From assembly GCA_016927495.1 (NCBI GenBank), contig JAFGMP010000009.1, positions 937 through 64,936 of the forward strand: a stretch of DNA of 64,000 nt, in the 5' to 3' direction. Source of the DNA: Candidatus Latescibacterota bacterium (GTDB lineage Bacteria > Latescibacterota > Latescibacteria > Latescibacterales > Latescibacteraceae). Within the stretch, counting starts at the first letter, position 1. Each line of letters opens with the position of its first letter. The position numbers and the translations under genes were made by a program. Positions 48,210 to 57,504 of this stretch are shown here, one piece after another. Under the pieces are notes generated by a model. That model did not search any database and was not told the origin of the DNA. It was given only the letters and a program-made list of their open reading frames with translations.

Positions 48210-49067
48210 TCAGGAAAGATATGCTTTTAAAGGTTTTGATCGTGATGCATGTCTCAGACGCTTGATCGCTTTTTCCTTGATCTGGCGAACCCTTTCGCGT
48301 GTGAGTTTGAATTTCTCGCCGATTTCCTCGAGTGTTAATGAATGGTCACGGTTAATGCCGAAATAAAGGCTAATAACCTCGGCTTCTCGTTCCGTTAGCG
48401 TAGATAGAGCTTTTTCAATCTCCCGTTTGAGTGAATCTTTCAATAATTTCTGATCAGGCGCGGGCTGGAATTTATCCTCAAGAACATCCAGCAGCCTGTT
48501 ATCTTCACCATCGTTAAACGGTGCGTCCAGCGAAAGATGCCGTGAGGAAATTTTCAGAGTATCCATAACTTCATAAGGACTCATTTCCAGTTCATCAGCA
48601 ATCTCATTTGCCGATGGTTCACGGCCGAATTCCTGTTCGAGACCGCTCGATGTCTTACCGATTTTGTGAAGTGCGCCAACCCTGTTGAGCGGCAGACGGA
48701 CGATACGCGATTGTTCGGCAAGGGCCTGTAAAATCGCCTGACGTATCCACCAGACTGCATAGGAAATGAACTTGAATCCTTTGGTCTCATCAAATCTCTT
48801 GGCAGCTTTTATAAGACCAAGATTTCCTTCATTGATAAGATCGCCCAGGGATAATCCCTGATTCTGATATTGTTTTGCAACACTCACGACAAATCGCAGA
48901 TTAGCTTTTGTCAGTATTTCAAGTGCACGCTGGGAACCCAGCTTAATCTCCTGAGCGAGTTCGACCTCCTGGTTTGCTGAAAGAAGCTCAACCTCACCTA
49001 TTTCCTGCAGATATCTGTCAAGGGATTGATCTTCCCTCGTATAGGGTTTTTTAGCTAATTTTGACAC
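48210..49067 (-). CDS. rpoD: Primary sigma factor RpoD, short (285 aa) Bacteroidetes/FCB-type
   Basis: [74 protein letters not shown] is near-identical in pattern to the roughly 287-aa sigma-A of Bacteroidetes. Regions 2-4 are intact and region 1.1 is absent. Confidence 0.8.
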   Translation of the reverse strand: MSKLAKKPYTREDQSLDRYLQEIGEVELLSANQEVELAQEIKLGSQRALEILTKANLRFVVSVAKQYQNQGLSLGDLINEGNLGLIKAAKRFDETKGFKFISYAVWWIRQAILQALAEQSRIVRLPLNRVGALHKIGKTSSGLEQEFGREPSANEIADELEMSPYEVMDTLKISSRHLSLDAPFNDGEDNRLLDVLEDKFQPAPDQKLLKDSLKREIEKALSTLTEREAEVISLYFGINRDHSLTLEEIGEKFKLTRERVRQIKEKAIKRLRHASRSKPLKAYLS

Positions 49068-49096
49068 GTATTAATACTCCTGTATCAACAATGAGT

Positions 49097-50596
49097 TTAT
49101 TTGCTTTTTACTGCCACAAATCCTGTCTCGATACGTCCGTTTGAAGAAACACGTTGTTTGAAAATGAGAATAGTTTTGTCTTTTTTGTCAGGGGGACTGA
49201 GATTAGAGATTTTTTCCCGTACTCTTTTGAAATCGCCTGTGTTATTGATTTCCTCGTTTTCGATTTCGTTTATGACGTCCCCGGCACGCAGATTTGCCCG
49301 TGAAGCCGGACTGTCAGGGTCGATACTAATGACTACAACACCTTTTTCAATGTTTCCGAGATTAAAGTCTTTCACTGAGGGATGATCCAGGTCTGTTACA
49401 TTTATACCCCTCCAACTGAATGAATCGGACGGTTTTAATGCTGCGGTTTCAGTATAATCGTTTCTGTCCGCAAGGGTAAGAATAACTTTCTGTTTATCGC
49501 CATTCCTGATAATTTCAAGTTCGACTTCCTCTCCGGGTGAATAGCTGGCGATTTTTAAAAGAAATGCCTGGAAATTTTTGACAGTTTTACCGTTCAGTGT
49601 AATAATGACATCGCCATGTTTAAGGCCGGCTTTGTCTCCCGGAAAACCTTCGACAACTTCGGAAATGAGTACTCCGTCATTACTCGGAAGTCCAAGCGCC
49701 TCCTGTTTTTCTTTGGTAATACCTTCCTCATCGGCTTTAATCCCGACAAATCCGCGTTTAACTTCGCCTGTTGTGATGAGTTGGGTCATGACATTTTTTG
49801 CCAGATTTATGGGAATTGCAAATCCGATACCGGCATATTGGGCAGTGTACATATCATTGATACCGATAACTTTACCGTTGATATCGGCAAGGGCGCCGCC
49901 TGAATTCCCCGGATTGATCTGTGCATCGGTCTGAATAAAATCCTGGAACTGCGGCGATTCTCCTCCCCACACCCTAAAACCATGACGACCCAAAGCGCTT
50001 ACTACACCTACATTGATGGTACGTTCCAGACCTATAGGATTACCTATCGCTATGGCATAATCTCCGGGTCTGAGTGTATCGGAATCACCGAGTTCGGCGA
50101 CATATTCCTCCGGGAGTTGCTTACCCTCGAGCTTTAATTTAACGACAGCCAGATCCGAACCGGGATCTTTTCCGATTACTTCGGCTTCATATGATTCATG
50201 CTCATTAACCTTTACGGAAATTTCCGTTGCATTTGCGATCACGTGATTATTGGTTAAAATATGCCCGTCACGGTCTACAATTACACCCGATCCCATACCG
50301 GGTAATTGACGTTCCTGTTCCCTGTCTTCCTGCGGATCAAAGAAAAAATCCCACGGGCTTCGATTATTACGGGTTCTTTCCTGTGAAACGATCTTTGTAT
50401 CGATTCGTACAACGGTAGGGGATACTTTTTCATATATTACTGTAAATGGGCTTTGCAGCGAGTTACCCTGTCGTATTACGGGTAGTTGCGCTGATGTTGT
50501 TGTGTCTGGTAGTGTTAGTAACAGAATAACAATAAAAAGAAAATAATAATACATAGGGGAGTAAAAACGAGAAATCCTGGTAAACAGGTTGCGCAT
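49097..50596 (-). CDS. htrA: Periplasmic serine endoprotease HtrA/DegP (trypsin domain plus 2 PDZ)
   Basis: Catalytic motifs (HILTNNHV, GNSGGAL) and two PDZ-like regions. It has a signal peptide. Confidence 0.9.
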   Translation of the reverse strand: MRNLFTRISRFYSPMYYYFLFIVILLLTLPDTTTSAQLPVIRQGNSLQSPFTVIYEKVSPTVVRIDTKIVSQERTRNNRSPWDFFFDPQEDREQERQLPGMGSGVIVDRDGHILTNNHVIANATEISVKVNEHESYEAEVIGKDPGSDLAVVKLKLEGKQLPEEYVAELGDSDTLRPGDYAIAIGNPIGLERTINVGVVSALGRHGFRVWGGESPQFQDFIQTDAQINPGNSGGALADINGKVIGINDMYTAQYAGIGFAIPINLAKNVMTQLITTGEVKRGFVGIKADEEGITKEKQEALGLPSNDGVLISEVVEGFPGDKAGLKHGDVIITLNGKTVKNFQAFLLKIASYSPGEEVELEIIRNGDKQKVILTLADRNDYTETAALKPSDSFSWRGINVTDLDHPSVKDFNLGNIEKGVVVISIDPDSPASRANLRAGDVINEIENEEINNTGDFKRVREKISNLSPPDKKDKTILIFKQRVSSNGRIETGFVAVKSK

Positions 50597-50861
50597 ATCT
50601 AACCTCCGAAACGTCCGTAAATTTTACATAAATATTTTTTAAAAGTCAATATTAAATTGACATTTTTTTCATCAAATTTTATTAAAAAATACAAGTTAAA
50701 ATCATAATCGTATTAATATCGGCTCAATAATGCAACCAATACTTTTTTCCTCACAATTTTTTAAAAAAAGGTAAAAAAACCGTTTGTTTCATAATTGCTT
50801 TTTAGTCGCTGTACGCCATCCGTTACATTAAACACGCAAACATTGTGTTGGTTTCAAGAAA

Positions 50862-50905
50862 AACCGGATTATACCTTATTAATTTATATATAATCCGGTT
50901 TAAAT
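50862..50905 (-). terminator. Candidate minus-strand terminator (13-bp perfect inverted repeat AAACCGGATTATA...TATAATCCGGTTT followed by TTCTT)
   Basis: Perfect 13-bp stem with an AT-rich loop. Read on the minus strand it is followed by a T-rich stretch. It lies about 150 nt downstream of the 111-aa ORF. Confidence 0.35.
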
Positions 50906-51048
50906 TGTTGAAGATCAATATGTTCGAAATATGGTATAACCGGCATCAATCGATTAACGGCATAATTCCTTAATTTCTTTTCGCTTAATCATATGCAGAT
51001 CGAGCATGTTTACCGGTTTTGTAAAAGTATACGTAAATTAGTTTTGTT

Positions 51049-51384
51049 TCAAGCTTCTTCAGGTTCTTCTTTCTTTACCATTTCTTCATAATATTTTTCT
51101 TTTGCTTCAAGCTCTGCATCGAGATTGTTCAGTGTTGAAATCAAATCCTTTACCTGGTCGGATTTCAATACGTCCTTTTCGGATTTTTCCTTGATGGATT
51201 CATACATTATACCACCAAGTTCGGTAAAGCTTTTTGAAATTTTACGTTTCAGGTTAAGGATTTCAATCTTTGCTTTTCCGATCTTTGTGTATTCTTCCGT
51301 CTTTTCTGCTGCAATCTGAACACCATCAACAACAGATTTTCTGATTTTTTCCCATAATTCTCCCATGACATCTGCCTTTCGCAA
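51049..51384 (-). CDS. Hypothetical coiled-coil protein
   Basis: 111-aa K/E-rich helical ORF directly downstream (same strand) of the histidine kinase. No recognisable domain. Confidence 0.35.
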   Translation of the reverse strand: MRKADVMGELWEKIRKSVVDGVQIAAEKTEEYTKIGKAKIEILNLKRKISKSFTELGGIMYESIKEKSEKDVLKSDQVKDLISTLNNLDAELEAKEKYYEEMVKKEEPEEA

Positions 51385-51414
51385 AGAGGTTATTCGTTAA
51401 TATAAACTATGTAA

Positions 51415-52692
51415 CTACTTGAAGCCGTCGGCCTTATTTACCTTTTGTTTTTCAATGACCGGCATTTCGATAGTAACAACAGTACCGCTTCTTCCATCAT
51501 TTTCATTATACGACCTAATGAAAATCCGTCCGCCATGTTCTTCAATAATACTTTTACATACAGCCAGTCCGAGACCTACACCGTCAGGTTTTGTGGTATA
51601 AAACGGTTCATAAATTTGATTGATTACTTCACCGGGAATTCCTTTTCCGTTGTCTTTGAACTGAAGAGAAACAATGTCTTTACTTTCGGATTCATGTGTT
51701 ATCACACCGGAACTCACCAGCAACTCGCCGCCATCCGGCATGGCGTCACGGGCGTTCAGAATTATATTGACCAGAACCTGCTTGATTTTGTCACGATCAG
51801 CTAAAACAACTGGCAGCTTCGAAAGCCGTTTGCGAATATTAATTTTTCGGGAATTAAAGTCCTCCGAATGTAAAAGCAAAATATCGTCAATTAACTGATT
51901 AAGTGCAACAGATTCAAAATTTATTTTTCCGGGCCGTGCGAAATTTAACAAATCCTCAACAATGCCGTCCAGACGTTCGATTTCTTCGAGTATCAGATTT
52001 ACAAACTGCTTACGTTCATCTTCCTTGTCCATTTTTCGGGCAAGAAGCTGTGATGCGCCTTTCAGACCTGATAGAGGATTACGAAGCTCGTGAGACAATG
52101 TTGCCGACAATCTTCCGAGAGCAGCCATTTTTCCCGATTCGACTAATCGCTCATGAGTAAGTTCCAGTTCTTTTTTGGCGGTGAGAACACTTTCGTATAA
52201 CCTGCTGTTATGAATTGCTCCCGATACCTGGTGTGCGATGGTTTTAAGAAGGCGGCGTTCATAATTACGGAAAATCCGTGGCATTTTTGTCTGTACATTA
52301 ATAACACCGATAAGTTCTTTTCTGAACCGCAGCGGAACACTGAGCAGCGACTTATACTCGTCCTCTCCGGTAATGGGGAAGTACTTATTGCGACTGTCTT
52401 TTGTAACATCGCTTACTGCCAGGATCCGACCCTGTTTTGCCGCTCTTCCGGTAATACCTTCACCGGGATGAATCCTGACAAAGTCAACAGCATCGTTGCT
52501 GAGCCCTCTGGTCGCCTTAAGAACCAGTGAACCGTCACCGGAATCCCAAAGGTATATGGAACATACGTCGACTTTCATAATATTCGCCGTGATTTCCACC
52601 ACATTTTTCAGTATTTCGGCGGTTTCGAGTGTCATGGTAACCAGTTCACCGATTTTCGAAACAGCCACCATTGTGTCTTTTTGCGTTCTCAT
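51415..52692 (-). CDS. Cytoplasmic GAF-domain sensor histidine kinase (GAF-HisKA-HATPase_c)
   Basis: GAF region, H-box (LSATLSHELRNPLSGL), N/G boxes (ILNARDAMPDGG...GVGLGLAVCKSIIEEHGGRI). It overlaps thiL by 4 nt. Confidence 0.85.
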   Translation of the reverse strand: MRTQKDTMVAVSKIGELVTMTLETAEILKNVVEITANIMKVDVCSIYLWDSGDGSLVLKATRGLSNDAVDFVRIHPGEGITGRAAKQGRILAVSDVTKDSRNKYFPITGEDEYKSLLSVPLRFRKELIGVINVQTKMPRIFRNYERRLLKTIAHQVSGAIHNSRLYESVLTAKKELELTHERLVESGKMAALGRLSATLSHELRNPLSGLKGASQLLARKMDKEDERKQFVNLILEEIERLDGIVEDLLNFARPGKINFESVALNQLIDDILLLHSEDFNSRKINIRKRLSKLPVVLADRDKIKQVLVNIILNARDAMPDGGELLVSSGVITHESESKDIVSLQFKDNGKGIPGEVINQIYEPFYTTKPDGVGLGLAVCKSIIEEHGGRIFIRSYNENDGRSGTVVTIEMPVIEKQKVNKADGFK

Positions 52693-53690
52693 GACCTGAA
52701 ATGCTCGTATCCTTTGACGGTGAGGGTTTTTTTCGTACCATCCTGAAAACAGAGCGAAATAGTCTCTGATGGCTCAGTAACGGTTCCAATTCTTGTAATC
52801 TGGCAGTCCCCATATAAGAAAGTATCGGGTATTGTCGAATCACCGGAAGTAAAAAGGAGTTCAAAATCCTCTCCCGCCGAAATGGAAAAATCTACCGGTT
52901 CAATTTCTTTCTTTTGCATCAGTTCCCGGAATTCACCTGATAATGGCAGATTGACAGTAACGATTTCGGCGCCGACTCCGCTTTCCTCGCAGATGTGCGC
53001 AAGGTCAGACGCAAGCCCGTCCGAAAGGTCGATCATTGCGTTTATACGATGTGATTCCGTCAGATGCCGTGCAATATCGACACGTGCTTCCGGTCTTAGA
53101 AATTTACGTTTTAATGTCCCGTAACCATCTTTTTTTTCACGCAGCGCGGTGAATCCTGCCATTGCATCGCCCAGACAACCTGTCATGTATATGCCATCAC
53201 CCGGCTTTGCTCCCGACCTTTTTATCATTCGGTCAGGTTCAACCCATCCGATTACGGTCACCGTTACGGTCAATGGCCCGGGTGTCGAAGTGGTTTCTCC
53301 GCCGCTTACCGGGCAACCATACTGTTCTGCGGTTGTGTTGAGGCCATCGAACAGTTCAAGCGCATCCTCGAAATACATCTGCGGCGGCATAGAAGCCGAA
53401 ACGAGCGTATAAGCCGGAACACCTGCCATTGCGGCGATGTCGCTTACCGATGCAGCCATACATCTGTGCCCGATGTCATACCAGGAAGAATAGTCGGGAG
53501 TGAAATGCACACTGTCGACAAAGGTATCGATGGTGTGGAGCATCATCCGGTTTTCGAACGATTTCGTCACCAGACAGTCATCACCAGCCGACCGGATGAT
53601 CTCACCGCCGTCACCGGGCATCTTACGGCGTATGCTCCTGATGAATTCAAGTTCGCCGATTTCCGCCATGGTATGTTTGCCGGATTTCAT
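52689..53690 (-). CDS. thiL: Thiamine-monophosphate kinase ThiL (AIR synthase-related fold)
   Basis: EFIRSIRRK...GDDCLV...HTIDTFVDSVHF is the ThiL N-terminal motif set. The start is taken at the internal MKSGKHTMAEIGELEF (53690 or 53669). The ORF-track extension to 53810 is implausible. Confidence 0.8.
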   Translation of the reverse strand: MKSGKHTMAEIGELEFIRSIRRKMPGDGGEIIRSAGDDCLVTKSFENRMMLHTIDTFVDSVHFTPDYSSWYDIGHRCMAASVSDIAAMAGVPAYTLVSASMPPQMYFEDALELFDGLNTTAEQYGCPVSGGETTSTPGPLTVTVTVIGWVEPDRMIKRSGAKPGDGIYMTGCLGDAMAGFTALREKKDGYGTLKRKFLRPEARVDIARHLTESHRINAMIDLSDGLASDLAHICEESGVGAEIVTVNLPLSGEFRELMQKKEIEPVDFSISAGEDFELLFTSGDSTIPDTFLYGDCQITRIGTVTEPSETISLCFQDGTKKTLTVKGYEHFRS

Positions 53691-53796
53691 ACTGAATATT
53701 GTTTCCGTTAAAAGTATTCCGCAATCGTTATTATTCTTAATATACAGATTTCGCCGTACAGTTACTACTATAAATGATTTTATTGGTGAAAAATGA

Positions 53797-53824
53797 AAAA
53801 TATTTGCCACGGATGGACACGGAT
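53797..53824. repeat. 28-bp direct repeat copy A (AAAATATTTGCCACGGATGGACACGGAT)
   Basis: 27/28 identical to 56918-56945. It contains an ACGGAT-N4-ACGGAT iteration. Weaker similarity extends about 10 nt further to the 5' side. Confidence 0.8.
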
Positions 53825-54019
53825 TTTAATTGGATATGTATGTTAGAGGAGGTGAAAATAACCTGAGAACAAAATGCCGGAGGTAACGAATAATTTCTCA
53901 GCAACATATCATTCAACTCCGGAAGAATCTTACTGAAGTGATTCTTCGAGGGTAAAATTGTCTCACTGTCTTTACTATTTCGGTCATTCGACAAAATGAT
54001 GAAACCATCTGAAAAACAA

Positions 54020-54559
54020 CTATATCATATTCTCGATAATAAAGTCTGTAGCAGCTTCAATATTATTAGCAATTATAGTGCCTTCCGGAAGTTCATCTAT
54101 GTGGTGTGTACCATGTCCGGTTAAGACGTATATTCCTTTTGTTCCTGCATTATGAGCCAGTTCAACATCATGTGGATGGTCACCGATTGTATAAGATTTT
54201 TTGAGATCAATATTATATTTCTTAGATGCTTGCAGTAAGAAATATGGCAAAGGTTTAATACATCGGCACATTTCTGATTTATCATGAGGACAAACGTAAA
54301 TTTCTTTTATTATAATACCATTTTCTTTTAATGTGTCACTTATAAAAGTATTGATTGTTTCAACTTCATTCATTGTGATAAGTCGCCGGGATACTCCTGG
54401 TTGATGGGTTACAATGAATAGTACAAAGTGTTTTTGTAGTTTTCGAAGTGACAAAAAAGTTTCCGGATAGAAATGTACTTCGTCTTTTGATCTTAAATGA
54501 CCTCTATCTTCAATAATTGTGCCATCTCTGTCTAAAAAAATCGCCGGAACTTTACCCAC
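54020..54559 (-). CDS. gmhB: D,D-heptose 1,7-bisphosphate phosphatase GmhB-like (HAD-IIIA)
   Basis: FLDRDGTI (HAD motif I), the Zn-binding CPHDKSEMCRCIKP and GD...D motifs. Confidence 0.8.
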   Translation of the reverse strand: MGKVPAIFLDRDGTIIEDRGHLRSKDEVHFYPETFLSLRKLQKHFVLFIVTHQPGVSRRLITMNEVETINTFISDTLKENGIIIKEIYVCPHDKSEMCRCIKPLPYFLLQASKKYNIDLKKSYTIGDHPHDVELAHNAGTKGIYVLTGHGTHHIDELPEGTIIANNIEAATDFIIENMI

Positions 54560-54614
54560 TCTGACCTCATAAATTATTTATATTTACAACTTCTAAAGTA
54601 AATTGAAAATATGC

Positions 54615-56807
54615 CTAAAAACTGATCAAATACGATATTTTTGCTATCCCGGTGCTATAGATTGTCTTGTAATCCCTTTCGCTGTCCAATAGTTGGTTAT
54701 AAACGAGGTAAACATCGTTTCCTATTTTGGGTATGAAGTGTATGAGGAGGTTCATATTCATTTCTTTTGACTCGTTGTTCCATTGTAAAAAAGTTCTCGA
54801 TGTCAGCCGCGGGGAAATATTTACATTGATCCTTCCGCCAAACTCTTTGGTGTCGAATTCTCTCGAGCCGGATTTGATACTGTTGTATTGGATGTCGGAC
54901 GAAAAAGTAAAATGCTGGTTAATCTTAAAGTCGCACTCAAGTTCAACAGCGTCTCTCTGCCCGTTAAAGAAATCTCCCCAAACATAGTTGACATCGAATA
55001 CTACCGGATTGCTGGGATTACTTTCGATGCTTGTCGAATAGCTCCACCATGTATAACTTCCCTGAGGTATGATAACATGCCCGTCTTTATCTTCAAAAAT
55101 CTCGAAATCCTCATCAAGAAATTCATAGGTTTCTTCCATATTGAATCTGAATTCCCATTCTGACATTGTGTTGAATCCGAATGGTGTATACCGAACAGTG
55201 CGGGTGAGCAACCTGTTATGCATGTCGGTGTAGTAATTGAAGTTGATTGGCGATATCCAGAGTTTCCGGATGTATGGTATCCCCGGCCGTGGTGTATAGT
55301 TGACACTACCCGAGTATTGTTTAATGCCGTTACGACGTACATATCCTGTTTCAGGATCGTAATTGTCCCCGACAGCGTGATACAGTAAATTAATTCCTAA
55401 CAGGTCGTTGGGGTAGCTCGCCAGAAACCTTCCGGCTCTTGTACCGTGCTCGACTCCGGTGATGTTGTTTTCCGCGACATATCCTCCGACCACAAGATTT
55501 TTATTTGACAGGAATGTATTTGTGCTGTAGGAAAAATCAGCTCCGAATGCCTGATTTTTGTGTTTGTCGGTGTCATAAAGGTTTGTTGCGATAATTCCGA
55601 CATATGATTGTTTCAGTATATCTTTTTTTACCCGTATGACAGAATAGTTCGACGAGGGCTGGCCTGCTTTGTCGTCGGTCTGCATGTTGAGTATACCGAG
55701 GTTGTAACTGCCGGCTTTGCCGGTAAGCTTTGCTCCGCCGAGAATGGGCACCTGTTCGCCGTCCGGCGCTATGCCGATTCTCCTTGAATAGTACGGTGTC
55801 GTATATGGCGACCCGAAATCGAAGGTTTCAGCGCCCTCGAGGAAAAAATCCCTTTTTTCGGGATAATGAAGGCTGAACCGTGTGAGATTAATCATGTTCT
55901 GGTCGGATTCTACCTGTGCGAAGTCGGTTAGTGTGGTCAGGTCGAGCGTCAGGTCGGATGTCACCGGATATTTTACATCGAACCCGTATTTGAATGTTCT
56001 GTCGAGTTCACTGTTTTCATGCTCCAGACCACCGAGAGCAAAGGGTTTGAATTCAATCTGTTTTCCTCTCTGCACGTCTGTTAAGCCGGTGAGTGTCCCC
56101 GCTTTGGTGAGTTGCATGATACCGTCGTCTCTCTTCCACGAAGACCAGAGCATCTCTTCTTTTTTGCGTGCGATCTCACGTCTGAAGTTTATTCCCCAGT
56201 TCTGTATCCCGTTATTTGTGAATCGCAGGGTTTTAAACGGGATAAGCATTTCGGCGCACCAACCCTGGTCATGAATTTTAGTGGAAACTTCCCATACGCC
56301 GTTCCAGTTCTCATTCACTTCACCATTACCGCCGGTAATTTTACCGTCCAGCCATGCCCCGTTCGGGTTGATTCTGAAAAAAAAGCCGCTTCTTTTATCG
56401 TTGAATGTATCGAGAACCACGGTGAAATTATCGTCATGGTCCAATTCGCCGTCCCGCCGCAGTTCGGTGTGGATGATTTTTTCCGGCTCACTGTCGTAAC
56501 ACATCACCCCGATATACAGATTATGACGGTCATAGAGAATTTTGACCTCGGTTTTCTCCGTAGCAGGATCACCCTCGACAAGTTCCCGCTGGGTAAAATC
56601 CGATACTGATTCGGCACTACTCCAGACAGGTTCGGTCAGTTTACCATCGAGCCTTATGGGAGTGTCTATGGCATAGGCCTGAATCTTTTTGGGGGCTTCT
56701 TCCCGAATATTTTGGCCGTGAGCAGGATTATTGCATACCATTACAGATAAAAAAATTAACGAAATGATGATATTTTGCTGCGCTGTCATGAAACGGGTTA
56801 AGCGCAT
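54615..56807 (-). CDS. Outer-membrane DUF5916-family protein with N-terminal CBM9-like domain
   Basis: Signal peptide (MRLTRFMTAQQNIIISLIFLSVMVCNNPAHGQ), a CBM9-like segment (PIRLDGKLTEPVWSSAESVSDFTQRELVEGDPATEKTEVKILYDRHNLYIGVMCYD), a long beta-rich body and a C-terminal F. The start is taken at M33 of the ORF-track ORF. Confidence 0.5.
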   Translation of the reverse strand: MRLTRFMTAQQNIIISLIFLSVMVCNNPAHGQNIREEAPKKIQAYAIDTPIRLDGKLTEPVWSSAESVSDFTQRELVEGDPATEKTEVKILYDRHNLYIGVMCYDSEPEKIIHTELRRDGELDHDDNFTVVLDTFNDKRSGFFFRINPNGAWLDGKITGGNGEVNENWNGVWEVSTKIHDQGWCAEMLIPFKTLRFTNNGIQNWGINFRREIARKKEEMLWSSWKRDDGIMQLTKAGTLTGLTDVQRGKQIEFKPFALGGLEHENSELDRTFKYGFDVKYPVTSDLTLDLTTLTDFAQVESDQNMINLTRFSLHYPEKRDFFLEGAETFDFGSPYTTPYYSRRIGIAPDGEQVPILGGAKLTGKAGSYNLGILNMQTDDKAGQPSSNYSVIRVKKDILKQSYVGIIATNLYDTDKHKNQAFGADFSYSTNTFLSNKNLVVGGYVAENNITGVEHGTRAGRFLASYPNDLLGINLLYHAVGDNYDPETGYVRRNGIKQYSGSVNYTPRPGIPYIRKLWISPINFNYYTDMHNRLLTRTVRYTPFGFNTMSEWEFRFNMEETYEFLDEDFEIFEDKDGHVIIPQGSYTWWSYSTSIESNPSNPVVFDVNYVWGDFFNGQRDAVELECDFKINQHFTFSSDIQYNSIKSGSREFDTKEFGGRINVNISPRLTSRTFLQWNNESKEMNMNLLIHFIPKIGNDVYLVYNQLLDSERDYKTIYSTGIAKISYLISF

Positions 56808-56916
56808 GACTGAAACTTTCGGCTGTATGTTTATGGGGTAAAAAGACGTAATTATCAATGATTTAACGCTAATATACCAAAAATGTTCCGGGGAAATCAA
56901 CATGAGTCGTGATTAA

Positions 56917-57219
56917 GAAAATATTAGCCACGGATGGACACGGATAAACACGGATAAGAATGAAAAGGAATTATTGGATTCCTTTGAAAAAGATGAATGG
57001 AAATCCGTACCGAATGTTACAAAAAGAAAAACGGAATTGAAAAAATATGCACAGGTGACCATTCGCAAAGACAAAAGGGTAAACATACGAATTTCAGAAC
57101 GTAACCTCTAAGAATTGCAGCGAATTGCCGTTCGGGAAGGTCTGCCCTGTCAGACGCTGATTTCAGATATTCTGCATAAATATGTTAACAAAGTACCCAT
57201 TCCATTGGATACTGTTTAA
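56917..57219 (+). pseudogene. Decayed ribbon-helix-helix antitoxin (BrnA/CopG-like, PYQTLI-type) with no ATG start and an in-frame TAA
   Basis: The frame reads ...EKELLDSFEKDEWKSVPNVTKRKTELKKYAQVTIRKDKRVNIRISERNL*ELQRIAVREGLPCQTLISDILHKYV. This matches the (E)LLDSxExGEWKSV ... VNIRIS ... GxPYQTLIxSxLHKYV antitoxin pattern. The TAA is at 57109-57111 and there is no ATG. No toxin partner is present. Confidence 0.6.
56918..56945. repeat. 28-bp direct repeat copy B (AAAATATTAGCCACGGATGGACACGGAT), followed by a third ACGGATAA unit
   Basis: 27/28 identical to 53797-53824. The copies flank gmhB plus the DUF5916 gene. Confidence 0.8.
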
Positions 57220-57230
57220 ATAATCACTAT

Positions 57231-57252
57231 GAAGATAATGAAGATAATGAAG
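57231..57252. repeat. Short tandem repeat (GAAGATAAT x 2.4)
   Basis: gaagataatgaagataatgaag, read directly from the sequence. Confidence 0.7.
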
Positions 57253-57319
57253 TAAAAACTTCAAATCCTTCATGTTCTTCAGGGTAAAAAATTTATTAAA
57301 AAAATACATTGGTATCCCC

Positions 57320-57462
57320 ACCCAAACTCACCCTCTGACTCTCTCTCTAACCTTTAGAGAGAGGGAATATTTGAAGACTCGAAATTAGTTGACAATATCA
57401 GTTCACAGCCTTCCCCCTCTATCGCGTGCGAGAGAGGGGGATCGAGGGGGTGAGTGAGTAAA
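57320..57462. repeat. GA/CT-rich structured intergenic region with two perfect 9-bp hairpins and a long-range imperfect inverted repeat
   Basis: The first hairpin is CTCTCTCTA-acctt-TAGAGAGAG. The second is TCCCCCTCT-atcgcgtgcgag-AGAGGGGGA, roughly 57410-57450. CACCCAAACTCACCCTC near 57328 is imperfectly complementary to GAGGGGGTGAGTGAG near 57446. A poly-A run follows. Confidence 0.6.
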
Positions 57463-57504
57463 AAAAAATACTTTGTGCTGACTTAACATGATAACCAAAT
57501 AACT

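Noticed and set aside
53690-53810. N-terminal 40-aa extension of the thiL ORF
   Set aside because: The extension (MANIFHFSPIKSFIVVTV...) is not ThiL-like and would overlap the 28-bp repeat. ThiL orthologues start near MKSGKHTMAEIGELEF.
53866-53903. Possible TPP riboswitch upstream of thiL (CTGAGA motif)
   Set aside because: A CTGAGAA...TTCTCAG hairpin exists, but it is on the wrong side and strand relative to thiL. The region lacks the other conserved TPP-aptamer elements (GGGG...ACCC and pyrimidine-sensor helices). It is more likely a terminator-like hairpin after gmhB.
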